Positions 55,776 through 64,000 of a stretch of 64,000 bases of DNA are shown in pieces (position 1 is the first letter of the stretch; the number at the start of each line of letters is the position of its first letter). Origin of the DNA: Poseidonia sp. (GTDB taxonomy: Archaea > Thermoplasmatota > Poseidoniia > Poseidoniales > Poseidoniaceae); contig JAYQVP010000001.1 in NCBI GenBank assembly GCA_038148515.1, positions 294,102-358,101 of the forward strand, written 5' to 3'. A program made the translations under genes and the position numbers. The notes under the pieces were generated by a model. It saw only the letters and a list, made by a program, of their open reading frames with translations. It was not told the origin of the DNA and made no database searches.

Positions 55776-56975
55776 TCAAAGTTCAGACGGGCGTTGGGGT
55801 GGGCCGCTGGGAGGACCGGATGGAGGGCCAGTCGGAGGACCCGTGGGTGGACCGCTGGGGGGACCAGTCGGAGGACCAGTCGGAGGGCCGCTGGGAGGAC
55901 TGGATGGAGGACCAGTCGGAGGACCCGAAGGTGGACCGCTGGGAGGACCCGAAGGTGGACCGCTGGGAGGACCCGAAGGTGGACCGCTGGGAGGACCTGA
56001 CGGAGGACCCGAGGGTGGACCGCTGGGAGGGCCAGTCGGGGGACCCGTAGGTGGACCGCTGGGAGGGCCAGACGGAGGACCCGAAGGTGGGCCGCTGGGA
56101 GGGCCAGAGGGTGGACCGGACGGTGAAACAGGGGCGGCTTCTTCGACGATCTCAGGCTCGAGCGCCGGCGATTCAAGAGCTTCGGGCGGTGCGGCTGGAG
56201 GGAGTGGGGGTGGGGTGGCGGCAACGGCGACCGGTTCGGGCGCTTCGAGGGGTTCAGCAGGTTCGGCGGGTTCGGCAGGTGAAGCAATCGGAGCGATGGG
56301 GGCCAAGAGTGGGTCGGGAGTGGAGGGTGTGGGCGCCAGCAGGTCGACAGGTTCGGGCGCAGGTGCCGCTACGGGCGGGGTCAACGGGTCCAGCGGTGCA
56401 GGTGCCACTTGGGCCCAAGGCGGGGTACGGGGGCCTTCTTCCTCTTCTTCAGTGACATGGCCTTGGCTGACCATGGTGCCACCACCTTCCATGTTCTCGC
56501 CCACATAGGCGGTCATCATGATTGAACTCGGATCGATGAGGCCCCGCTCTTCGGTTTGGCCGAAATCGCCGAGGTGAGCATCGAAGGCTCCGCTGAACAA
56601 GGTCGAACCGATGGCGTTGCCCAATGCACGACCCTTTTCGGCCTTGTATTCAAACGCGCAGTCGTAAGGGCCCAAGGCAAGGGTTTGCCCACCACCCTCA
56701 AATTCAAAGGTCCACGTGCCAAGTGAAATTGCCGCTTCGAATTTGAATTGCCGCGTGAGCCCTGGACCGATGGACGTGATGCCTTCGGTGGGCTCAAAGC
56801 GAGCTCCGCTATCGGTCACGATGGTGGCGTGAAGACCACCCACGGGAATGGCCGACTCGTTGATCAACTCAACAACCACCAACACGATGTCTTCATCGTC
56901 GTCATCAATGTCCATGGCAACGGACATCAAATGGGCGCTCAACGAACCAGCCCGCGCCGAGTGTTCATCGCTCAT
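55776..56975 (-). CDS. protein with N-terminal globular domain, Pro/Ala/Glu-rich linker and C-terminal (GPPS/GPPT)n ~35-copy tandem tetrapeptide repeat
   Basis: ...APVSPSGPPSGPPSGPPSGPPSGPPSGPPTGPPTGPP...GPPQRPSEL*. The N-terminal ~200 aa are non-repetitive (FEFEGGGQTLALGPYDCAFEYKAEKGRALG). The start is uncertain (56975 or 57080). Confidence 0.55.
   Translation of the reverse strand: MSDEHSARAGSLSAHLMSVAMDIDDDDEDIVLVVVELINESAIPVGGLHATIVTDSGARFEPTEGITSIGPGLTRQFKFEAAISLGTWTFEFEGGGQTLALGPYDCAFEYKAEKGRALGNAIGSTLFSGAFDAHLGDFGQTEERGLIDPSSIMMTAYVGENMEGGGTMVSQGHVTEEEEEGPRTPPWAQVAPAPLDPLTPPVAAPAPEPVDLLAPTPSTPDPLLAPIAPIASPAEPAEPAEPLEAPEPVAVAATPPPLPPAAPPEALESPALEPEIVEEAAPVSPSGPPSGPPSGPPSGPPSGPPSGPPTGPPTGPPSGPPSGPPSGPPSGPPSGPPSGPPSGPPSGPPSGPPTGPPSSPPSGPPTGPPTGPPSGPPTGPPTGPPSGPPSGPPQRPSEL
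55795..56115. repeat. 12-nt tandem DNA repeat (GGACC[AG][CG][TC][GC]GGAGG-type) encoding the (GPPS/T)n array
   Basis: Visible periodic ggaccgctggga / ggaccagtcgga / ggacccgaaggt units over ~320 nt. Confidence 0.8.
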
Positions 56976-57040
56976 CCAATCCCACCGATTGGCACTGAGG
57001 GGTGGCTCTACTTCAAGGGCGTGGCTGATTGAACTGGGCC

Positions 57041-57604
57041 TCAGCGCAATCGCAGGCGGGTCTCGGAAGGCAGTGACCAATCCACCGCTGCCACCGTGTG
57101 ATGCTCACGGTCCACCTTGGTTCGGTATTCCGACTTCTCCGACCCAGCGTTGAAGGTGTCGCGCAATCCGAACCACAGCGGTCCAATGACGGGCAACAAG
57201 TACAGCATTTTGGCCACGGCTCGAGGGCCCCAATGATGGGATTCGAGCAAGGTGCCGTTGTCGTGGACGATGGCGATACGAAAGCCACGTTGGGCCAGTG
57301 ACCGCCCTATCGTTTGGCCGGTGTACTTGAAGTACAGGTAGAAGGCTGAAATGAAGATGAACCAGTTGGCGAAGAAGAACATCACCGTTCGTACATCACC
57401 ACGAAGCAATCCAACATTGTACAGATGGACGATGAGTTGGCCTCGGGACAGGAACGAGAGGACCACGCTGATCATGATGACATCGAGCATGAAGGCCAAG
57501 ACTCGCTTCCATGCGGGAGCGATAAGCATCCCTTCAGGAGCCGAGGCGAGAAGAGTTTGGGCCAAGGTTCCCCCCTTGACGATGGTCACGGGACTCTCGG
57601 CCAT
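57041..57604 (-). CDS. RDD-family membrane protein
   Basis: APAWKRVLAFMLDVIMISVVLSFL (R..A..lD motif with following TM). Three hydrophobic segments. Confidence 0.5.
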   Translation of the reverse strand: MAESPVTIVKGGTLAQTLLASAPEGMLIAPAWKRVLAFMLDVIMISVVLSFLSRGQLIVHLYNVGLLRGDVRTVMFFFANWFIFISAFYLYFKYTGQTIGRSLAQRGFRIAIVHDNGTLLESHHWGPRAVAKMLYLLPVIGPLWFGLRDTFNAGSEKSEYRTKVDREHHTVAAVDWSLPSETRLRLR

Positions 57605-57715
57605 GGTCTTCGCACACCTTCCCCTTTGTCAAAGGCTGCGTTCGGGCCGTGCGGTGGGGAACGGCGACATCCATCTGAGAGGGGCTCATGCGCTCGAGGG
57701 AATCAGGAGCTGAAT

Positions 57716-57970
57716 TCACTTTGTGGCAATTCTGTGCCCGTTGCCGTCCTTGTAGCTTCCCGTGGCGAGGAGGATGATGTCGATGAGCCACCAGAGGCCG
57801 AGACCGCCGGAGGTGATCAGTTTCAGCACACCCAGACCGATGGAGCCCGCATAAAAACGGTCAATGCCGAGGAATCCGAGGACGACGGCGAGCACCATGG
57901 TGACGACCCAATCCTTCTCGGAAACAAGGTCGGTTTGGGTCGGATAGATGGAAACGGGTACTGGTTGCAT
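57716..57970 (-). CDS. TM2-domain membrane protein
   Basis: VVTMVLAVVLGFLGIDRFYAGSIGLGVLKLITSGGLGLWWLIDIILL matches the TM2 domain consensus (GxDRFYxG ... GGxGxWWxxD). Confidence 0.6.
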   Translation of the reverse strand: MQPVPVSIYPTQTDLVSEKDWVVTMVLAVVLGFLGIDRFYAGSIGLGVLKLITSGGLGLWWLIDIILLATGSYKDGNGHRIATK

Positions 57971-58080
57971 GGTAGCGTTCGGGTGCTATCGGCTTATGAG
58001 CCTCACCGTTTATTGGTCGCTTTTCGAGTTGAGTGTCTGATTCTCGCTGCGAATCGTGAACTTCGTTCACCATCTGCGCC

Positions 58081-60096
58081 TCAGGCTTGGTGGGTGATGT
58101 GCCATGCGTACAACTGGGATTCTTCCACCCAATCGAGGTAGGAGCGCCAGGTCGGGTCGTGGCGCAACGTCGCTGGATGACCCAAAATCACCAAGCCGCG
58201 TTTCGCTCGTGTGATAGCGACGTTCAATCGTCGGTAGTCGGCTAAAAAGCCCACTTCGCCCTCGTCGTTGGCTCGAACGGTGGAGAACACGATGACGTCC
58301 TTTTCCCGCCCTTGGTACCCGTCAACGCTTTTGATCTCAAGTCCTGCATAGGGCTGACCGGGTTCTCTGCCGCCGGCTTGGTCAAACAGGTTGGTCAGAG
58401 CTCGCACCTGCCCGTTGTACGGCGTCACGACGCCGATGTCCTCCGGTTCCACGTCGCCCGCCATCAGCAAGTCGTTGACGATGGTCAGCACGAGAGCGGC
58501 TTCGTCGCGATTGGAGCGACTTTTCCCTTCTTCGTCGGTTTCCTCGACACCTGACACAGGAACGAAGGCCATCGGACGGTCCCAATCAGGCCACAAAAAA
58601 CCCGCAGGAGGGGGGCGTTGCTCGGGGGTGCAACCGTCTTCCAGTCGGTTATCGTAAAAACGAGCGCTGGGGAATTCGCGCATGATAGGGTGCATTCGGT
58701 ATTGAGTGGTTAGCATCGTTGAGACCAAGCCGCAAGCGATGAGGCGGTCGAACAAGGAACGATTCAACCCGCCCTTTTCGGCGTCTCGGCTCAAGACGGT
58801 GGGTGGAAGTTGTTGGTGGTCGCCCACGAGAACGAGTTGTCGGCATCCTTTCACCAAGGGCACCAAGGCGCTGGGTTCGGTGGCTTGGGTTGCCTCGTCC
58901 ATCAGCACCACAGGGAAGCGCCGGGATTCCAATAGACGATGGCCGCATCCAATGGTAGTGGCGCAAATCACCTCGGCTTCGTCGAGGACGCTGGCCGTCA
59001 TGGTGTCTTCGAGGCGGCGAATTTCCTTCTGGTTGTGATTGATGTCGCGGTGCATCAAGCCCTTTTCTTTGCCCTTCAACGATGGAAGGGCTTTGCGCAA
59101 TTCCCGCTGTTCGTCCTGCAAAAACGCCAGTTCCTCCTGCATGGGGTGGTCCTCGAGCACGGCATCAAGGGTTGCTGAACGCAGGGCCTCCCTCACCTTG
59201 ACAGGCCGACCGATGCGGAGAGCCTTGACACCCAAATCCAGCAAGCCCTCGAGGAGATTGTCCACGGCGACGTTGGATTCAGCCGTGGCCAAGATTGGGC
59301 CGGACCCCAACTGGACCATCGTGTGAAGCAGGTGGGTTGCTGTTGTCGTTTTCCCCGTGCCTGGCGGCCCTTGAATCAAGGTCATGCGTCGGGCGAGAGC
59401 CTGTTCGATGGCCGATTGCTGGGAGGCGTTGAGATGCTCGAGGGAGGGGCGTGGACCTCGTTGCATGGGCCGGCCGCGGATGTCGGGTGGAAGCGCAGCA
59501 CTGTCGTTGATGTCAAGCACGTTGCCAAGGAGCAATTCTCGAAGCACGGTCCCTCCATCGCCCTCCGTTGAATGAAAGGCGATGAGGGCTTCATGCATGC
59601 GGTCATGGGCGACGCGATTGGCGCCGCGGTCCAGTCGCCAGCCGCCTTTGCGCACATCTCGCGGTCGTTCACTCACGACGATGCGAATCCGCGTGGGCCC
59701 TCGGTCAAGAACAACGCCTTCGACCACCTTTTCTCCCCACGGACGGGAGCGGGAGATCAACACAATGTCGCCGGGCGAGAAGCGGTGTTCGGGCAGCCGG
59801 CCGCCGTCTTGAGCCTCAAACACGATGATATCTTCGCCAAAAAACCGCCCTTGTGCTCGAGCCGAGAGGTCAAACAACGCCAAGCCGGCCAGTAACAAAC
59901 GTTGCTTGGTCCATGTTTTCCAGCGTTCTTCCACCTGCTTGGTCTCGTCGTCGAGTTCCTGGCGAATCAACGCCGTGAAGCGGTTGAAGTGGTCTTGGCT
60001 TCGCCTCCAACGGTCCGGCATCGCCTCATCCTTCAATTCCGGCAACTCGGGAGGAGCAGCGTTGTTCATTCGTTTAACCGAACCTTTCCGCCCCAT
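58081..60096 (-). CDS. Upf1-like superfamily 1B helicase (DNA2/NAM7 family; AAA_11/AAA_12)
   Basis: LIQGPPGTGKTTTATHLL (I), VVLMDEATQATEP (II), LVLVGDHQQLPPTV (III), TTQYRMHPIMREFPSARFY (IV), VDGYQGREKDVIVFSTVRAN (V), and RRLNVAITRAKRGLVILG (VI). N-terminal beta-barrel 1B-like region. Start at the internal Met MGRKGS. Confidence 0.8.
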   Translation of the reverse strand: MGRKGSVKRMNNAAPPELPELKDEAMPDRWRRSQDHFNRFTALIRQELDDETKQVEERWKTWTKQRLLLAGLALFDLSARAQGRFFGEDIIVFEAQDGGRLPEHRFSPGDIVLISRSRPWGEKVVEGVVLDRGPTRIRIVVSERPRDVRKGGWRLDRGANRVAHDRMHEALIAFHSTEGDGGTVLRELLLGNVLDINDSAALPPDIRGRPMQRGPRPSLEHLNASQQSAIEQALARRMTLIQGPPGTGKTTTATHLLHTMVQLGSGPILATAESNVAVDNLLEGLLDLGVKALRIGRPVKVREALRSATLDAVLEDHPMQEELAFLQDEQRELRKALPSLKGKEKGLMHRDINHNQKEIRRLEDTMTASVLDEAEVICATTIGCGHRLLESRRFPVVLMDEATQATEPSALVPLVKGCRQLVLVGDHQQLPPTVLSRDAEKGGLNRSLFDRLIACGLVSTMLTTQYRMHPIMREFPSARFYDNRLEDGCTPEQRPPPAGFLWPDWDRPMAFVPVSGVEETDEEGKSRSNRDEAALVLTIVNDLLMAGDVEPEDIGVVTPYNGQVRALTNLFDQAGGREPGQPYAGLEIKSVDGYQGREKDVIVFSTVRANDEGEVGFLADYRRLNVAITRAKRGLVILGHPATLRHDPTWRSYLDWVEESQLYAWHITHQA

Positions 60097-60213
60097 GACC
60101 CCTGCTTGCAGGCGTGCTTCATCATCGTATGCATGGAGAAGTCGGGCTTGCTCAAGCGGGAAACCCTCACTCTTAAACACGCCACGGCCCGCCGAGGAGT
60201 TGGGGTGGAGGTG

Positions 60214-61569
60214 ATGTTCGGTCGGAAGAAGAAAGCCTCCGACAACATCGGCGCCACCTGCCCGTATTGCGAATTCACCAACCCTCTGGGAGCAGAAACC
60301 TGCGCCCAATGTTACTACGACCTCAACAAATCCGCCCGGGACCAACCGATGGCGAAACCCACCACTTCTGGCGAGGACATCATGAATCTCTTGCTAGGTG
60401 ACAACGAGGACGAAGACGACGAACCGATTCAAGTCGTCGAAGCCGTGTTGAGCCTCGAGGATGTGACGGTGGACATCGACCAGTACACCGTTGCCGAACC
60501 GCAACACAACGAAGATGGCGAGGTCGTTCCCGAATCGTTTGAGTTTCTCGGCAGCCAAGGTCCGACGCTGTCCTCAACCGTCGCCGCCGTCGAAGACGAT
60601 GAAGTGGAGCTCACGGCAGCCGATGCGCCCACCAACGTGGCCACCTTCGAGGCCGGCACAGTCGACCCTCTGGCCGAAGTAGCGGAACCCGTTCACACCG
60701 GTCGGGGTGGTTTGTACTCGCCGACCGTCGCCGCTCCCAACGACGATGACCTCACGGGAGATGTTGGCCCGACCCCGGAAGACAGCGGCATGGACATCCC
60801 TGACTTGCCCGATGATGAACCCGAAACGCCTGCATCGCTGACCCAACGGGACGTGCCGTTCGTGACCGAAATGGCAACGGTTCAACCCGACTTGACCAAC
60901 CAGCCATCAACAGCCGATGGATGGAACGATACGGCCCTTCCCGACCTTCCCGACGACGAAGAGACGGTCATTGAGCCATCCTCGGCTTGGCCCGAACCGG
61001 CCCTCGACGCCTCGCAGGACAGCATGATGTTGCCCGACTTGCCCGAGGAAACGGGAGATGAAACACCGGGCCTGCCCGGGGATGAGGCGCCATCATCGCC
61101 CGAACAGGCGATGGAGGGGGGGCAGGATGAAGCCGTGCAGCACGATCCAATGACCGTCCCCGATTTGCCTGAGGACACGGAAGACGAAACACCGGGCCTG
61201 CCAGGGGATATGGGAGACGAAACGCCGGTCCTGCCCGACTCTACTGAAATGGAAGAGCCACCCTTGCCAAACGCGCCTCCACGTATTTGGCCGTGGGCCA
61301 AAGGCGAGGCGTGGACGCCCACGCAAGTCTACCAAGAAGTGGTCAAAGCGATGGAATGCATCAAACACGGCCGGATGGAAGAAGGTGCGTCCACCCTCGA
61401 CCACCTCGGCCCCCATTTGGACGTGAACCTCGATATGTTGCTTCACATCTCTGCGCTCATGCAGCACCTTGGCCGGCACGACCACGTGAAGTGGACCTTG
61501 GACATGGCAGCCTACGTCTACCCGGACGACCCTTATGTTCATCAAGCACGGGCCCAACTTCTCGGGTAG
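60214..61569 (+). CDS. zinc-ribbon protein with long acidic Pro/Asp/Glu-rich repeat region and C-terminal helical domain
   Basis: ATCPYCEFTNPLGAETCAQCYYDL (CxxC...CxxC). Repeats PDLPDDEETV / PDLPEETGDETPGLPGDEAP / PDLPEDTEDETPGLPGDMGDETP. GGAGGTG immediately upstream of the ATG. Divergent from the helicase with ~120 nt spacer. Confidence 0.5.
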   Translation: MFGRKKKASDNIGATCPYCEFTNPLGAETCAQCYYDLNKSARDQPMAKPTTSGEDIMNLLLGDNEDEDDEPIQVVEAVLSLEDVTVDIDQYTVAEPQHNEDGEVVPESFEFLGSQGPTLSSTVAAVEDDEVELTAADAPTNVATFEAGTVDPLAEVAEPVHTGRGGLYSPTVAAPNDDDLTGDVGPTPEDSGMDIPDLPDDEPETPASLTQRDVPFVTEMATVQPDLTNQPSTADGWNDTALPDLPDDEETVIEPSSAWPEPALDASQDSMMLPDLPEETGDETPGLPGDEAPSSPEQAMEGGQDEAVQHDPMTVPDLPEDTEDETPGLPGDMGDETPVLPDSTEMEEPPLPNAPPRIWPWAKGEAWTPTQVYQEVVKAMECIKHGRMEEGASTLDHLGPHLDVNLDMLLHISALMQHLGRHDHVKWTLDMAAYVYPDDPYVHQARAQLLG

Positions 61570-61578
61570 GGGAACACC

Positions 61579-62148
61579 ATGGTAGCCACGCCGGTGCTGC
61601 AGGTCAGCGACTCAGTGGATTTGCGTCCGGCGACGAAATCCATTCTCCCGGCCATGCTCGACGCTTACCACGAGGATTCCGAGGCGGCACAAACGGCCTT
61701 GCCTTGGCTCGACCCAAACGACGATGTGCGTCGCCAACTCCGTGATATGCTGTACGATATTCAAGCCCAGCACGGCACGGACACGCTCCATTTTTGGGGC
61801 ATCCACGACCGAAGCAACGACGAATTTCTCGGATTGATCGGGTTGGGCGACGAATTGCAGTCACTTCATTCCGATTTCAGCCTCGGCTACTGGGTGCGCC
61901 TCAAGCACAGAAGGCGGGGGTTGGCCTCCACATGTGTGGACGCCGTCCTGAACTGGTTGGCCCAGCGAGAGGTGTCCACCGTAGTGGAAATTGCCGTCCA
62001 TCCGCGCAACGCCGCCGGTTTAGCCACGGCAGGCGCCATCTGCCAGCGCTGGAACGGCGAGCATCTTGAGGAGTTCATCGGAATTGAATTCAAGGAACGC
62101 ACCGTTCCCCATCATTTACATCTCGTCGAGGTAGGGCCGGGGGCTTGA
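61579..62148 (+). CDS. GNAT-family N-acetyltransferase
   Basis: FLGLIGLGD..., LGYWVRLKHRRRGLASTCVDAVLNWL (acetyl-CoA binding motif A region). Confidence 0.65.
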   Translation: MVATPVLQVSDSVDLRPATKSILPAMLDAYHEDSEAAQTALPWLDPNDDVRRQLRDMLYDIQAQHGTDTLHFWGIHDRSNDEFLGLIGLGDELQSLHSDFSLGYWVRLKHRRRGLASTCVDAVLNWLAQREVSTVVEIAVHPRNAAGLATAGAICQRWNGEHLEEFIGIEFKERTVPHHLHLVEVGPGA

Positions 62149-62149
62149 C

Positions 62150-62962
62150 ATGCCCACCTGGCTTTCCATTGACACCGATGACCTTCGTCATCTCCCCGTT
62201 CACCAAGGCCACCCCACTCGCAGCAGGGTGCCGTTTGCTGGTGCGATGAGCGAACTCTCTTCCACGTTTGTCGAGGGGTGGGAAGGCTTCGTGGAGTGGA
62301 TGGGACGCCATGATGGGGCAGTCACCCTGTTCGTGATTTCGGATATGCTCGACATCGAAGGTTTTCGGCTTCGTCTTGGTGAAGCACTGCAAGCCTTTTC
62401 CGGTCGCCTCACGGTGGGATGCCACGGCCACACCCACCGTTCATGGTCGGCATGGGGCGAAGACGGTGAGGGTTTCTCGTCCATGCTGTCCACCTCCACA
62501 GCGGCTCTGAAAGAGGCGGCAGGTGACGCATTTCTCCCGGTGTTTCGAGCCCCCAACGGATACATCGCCCCCTGGATGGCGCCAGTGCTGGCAGCCCATG
62601 GCTACCGTATTGATTCCTCCGTGAACCCCTCCTTGCTAGTGCGTCGCAAAGCGGGCGGAGCGAGGTGGAGCGACGTGACCGCCGCCATGCGTGAGGCGAA
62701 CGTGACGGAGCGAGCCTGGTTGACCCGATTTGGCTTGCCGGTCAACGGTCCTGCTTTGTTTCGTTTTCCCCTCTCTTTGCTCGCTCAACGGGCTTGGGCG
62801 AAGGCGCCGCCGTTGTTGACGAGCATGGCTGAGCCATCCTTGGCGGATGTTGATATGGACCTGACAACGCTGTACTGCCACGTTCTGGATTTTGCACGAC
62901 AAGGTGGAACCTGGACGCCGCCGCTGACCGGGCGAACAATCAAGGGCGACGGCCCAACATGA
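62150..62962 (+). CDS. polysaccharide deacetylase-like (NodB/CE4-like) protein
   Basis: LFVISDM..., RLTVGCHGHTHRSW (HxxxH-like metal motif). 2-nt spacing to the GNAT gene. Assignment tentative. Confidence 0.4.
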   Translation: MPTWLSIDTDDLRHLPVHQGHPTRSRVPFAGAMSELSSTFVEGWEGFVEWMGRHDGAVTLFVISDMLDIEGFRLRLGEALQAFSGRLTVGCHGHTHRSWSAWGEDGEGFSSMLSTSTAALKEAAGDAFLPVFRAPNGYIAPWMAPVLAAHGYRIDSSVNPSLLVRRKAGGARWSDVTAAMREANVTERAWLTRFGLPVNGPALFRFPLSLLAQRAWAKAPPLLTSMAEPSLADVDMDLTTLYCHVLDFARQGGTWTPPLTGRTIKGDGPT

Positions 62963-62968
62963 ACGGTC

Positions 62969-63250
62969 GTGGACGAAGGGACCGGAACGCCGTTTCAGCG
63001 TGAGGTGTGGCGAGCCCTGTTGACCATTCCCGAAGGCGAGGTGCGAACCTACGCGCAGCTTGCGGCTCAAATCGGCCGCCCGAATGCTGCTCGGGCCGTT
63101 GCCAATGCCTGTGCAAAAAACCCCTATGCCCCCGAAGTACCCTGTCATCGCGTGGTCAGGAGCGACGGCGGATTGGGCGGGTACAGCGGCGAAGGGGGCG
63201 TTGAGGCTAAGCGGGCCTTGTTGCTGAGCGAAGGCGTCGTGATCGACTGA
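62969..63250 (+). CDS. ogt: methylated-DNA--protein-cysteine methyltransferase DNA-binding domain protein (Ogt C-domain only, active-site Cys present)
   Basis: FQREVWRALLTIPEGEVRTYAQLAAQIGRPNAARAVANACAKNPYAPEVPCHRVVRSDGGLGGYSGEGGVEAKRALLLSEGV (PCHRV). Confidence 0.8.
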   Translation: MDEGTGTPFQREVWRALLTIPEGEVRTYAQLAAQIGRPNAARAVANACAKNPYAPEVPCHRVVRSDGGLGGYSGEGGVEAKRALLLSEGVVID

Positions 63251-63268
63251 GCGAAACCAAGGCTCGGC

Positions 63269-64000
63269 TCACACATCTGCAATGTCGGGGCGTTCAACGC
63301 TGACGCCGAAGTCCTTGACCGCTTTCTCGTACACGGTGGCTTGAACATCGCCCTGACGGACGAGGGAGGAAAGCGCAGCCAAAGCGATGGCAGCACCGTC
63401 AATTTCGAAGAAACGGCGAAGCGATTCGCGGGTGTCTGAACGGCCGAAACCGTCGGTTCCCAGCACCGTGTACGAACCCTTCACCCATTGACGAATCATG
63501 TCGGGCACAGCTGCCATGTTGTCGGACACAGCCACGGTCGGCAAGGATTCACCAAGAAGGGTTTCAACCCACGGCTGGCGAAGTTCCTCGGTGGGATGAA
63601 GACGGTTGTACCGGTCGCAGGCCAACCCCTCTCGACGCAATTCTCCGTAGGAGGTCGCCGAGTAAATCTCGCTGCGGACTCCCAAGGCCTCCAATTTCTC
63701 CACGGCATCCAACACCTGAACCATGATGGGTCCCGAGCCGATGAGGCGAACCATGGGGCCGTCGCCCTTGGGTGCGCCGCGAAGCAAGTACATGCCCTTG
63801 ATGATGCCCTCGTCGACGCCTTTTGGTTTGGGTGGCATGGGGTAGTTCTCGTTGTAGACTGCGATGTAATGGAGCACGTCCTTGTTCTCCACATGCATCT
63901 CTTCAATGCCGAACTTGATGATGGCAGCCAGTTCGTAGGCAAAGGCAGGGTCCCATGCTCGCACGGCCGGGTTGGTGTGCGCCATCAACAAGGAGTGCCC
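63269..64000 (-). CDS. aceE: pyruvate dehydrogenase E1 component, homodimeric AceE type, C-terminal part (gene continues beyond window end)
   Basis: VLGTDGFGRSDTRESLRRFFEIDGAAIALAALSSLVRQG and IGSGPIMVQVLDAVEKLEALGVRSEIYSATSYGELRREG line up with the AceE C-terminal domain (LGTDGFGRSDSRENLRHHFEVD...). Confidence 0.65.
   Translation of the reverse strand, partial: GHSLLMAHTNPAVRAWDPAFAYELAAIIKFGIEEMHVENKDVLHYIAVYNENYPMPPKPKGVDEGIIKGMYLLRGAPKGDGPMVRLIGSGPIMVQVLDAVEKLEALGVRSEIYSATSYGELRREGLACDRYNRLHPTEELRQPWVETLLGESLPTVAVSDNMAAVPDMIRQWVKGSYTVLGTDGFGRSDTRESLRRFFEIDGAAIALAALSSLVRQGDVQATVYEKAVKDFGVSVERPDIADV

Noticed and set aside
55690-56508. Plus-strand 272-aa ORF encoding (GGPLGGPDGGP)n and plus-strand 55518-56000 R/T/G-rich ORF
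   Set aside because: Mirror-image readings of the 12-nt tandem repeat. The minus-strand ORF has a non-repetitive N-terminal domain and fits the operon spacing, and the plus-strand ORFs overlap the small gene and tsaC.
59902-60213. 5' extension of the zinc-ribbon gene (ORF track start 59902) overlapping the helicase on the opposite strand
   Set aside because: The extension has no protein-like sequence. An ATG with an adjacent GGAGGTG at 60214 gives a sensible start, and the helicase is better started at its internal Met (60096). The two genes are then divergent with a spacer.

Overview
This 64 kb window is a high-GC (roughly 60%) archaeal chromosomal segment. Archaeal markers include the DNA polymerase II (PolD) large subunit, the S13-S4-S11-RpoD(Rpo3) operon, an archaeal-type LeuRS, a class III signal-peptide pilin, an archaeal-type MetAP and an Arch_ATPase. 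The surface biology (thrombospondin-type-3 repeat adhesins, archaeal pilin) and GC content suggest a marine planktonic Thermoplasmatota/Poseidoniales-like (Marine Group II, MGII) archaeon; this is inference only.

Layout:
- 1-7.1 kb: housekeeping genes (polD large subunit partial, pyrE-like, a methyltransferase, the r-protein/rpoD operon, a GHMP kinase).
- 7-20 kb: a CDIN1/C15orf41-like PD-(D/E)xK nuclease, two very large Ca-binding TSP3-repeat/beta-propeller surface proteins, leuS, and a signal-peptide/TM-anchored protein with two cytoplasmic winged-helix domains co-operonic with one adhesin.
- 20-53 kb: a large surface-glycan/glycosylation locus. It has 8 or more glycosyltransferases including a 1792-aa tri-modular one, a Wzx-like flippase plus a Wzm/Wzt ABC exporter, nucleotide-sugar dehydrogenase, 2-epimerase and epimerases, a radical SAM/SPASM-like enzyme, and two paralogous PP-loop ATPases. 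Thioredoxin, rpe, thrC, and a monothiol Grx-BolA pair are interspersed. Two sub-islands (about 20.05-23.95 kb and 36.5-45.8 kb) are clearly AT-richer than the surrounding DNA and look horizontally acquired.
- 53-64 kb: an archaeal pilin, a MetAP-Sua5 operon containing a (GPPS/T)n tandem-repeat protein, RDD and TM2 membrane proteins, an Upf1-like SF1 helicase divergent from a zinc-ribbon/acidic-repeat protein, GNAT, a deacetylase, an Ogt-like domain, and a partial bacterial-type AceE E1.

No rRNA, tRNA, CRISPR array or transposase/integrase could be supported. Many long antisense or out-of-frame ORFs in the track are high-GC artefacts.
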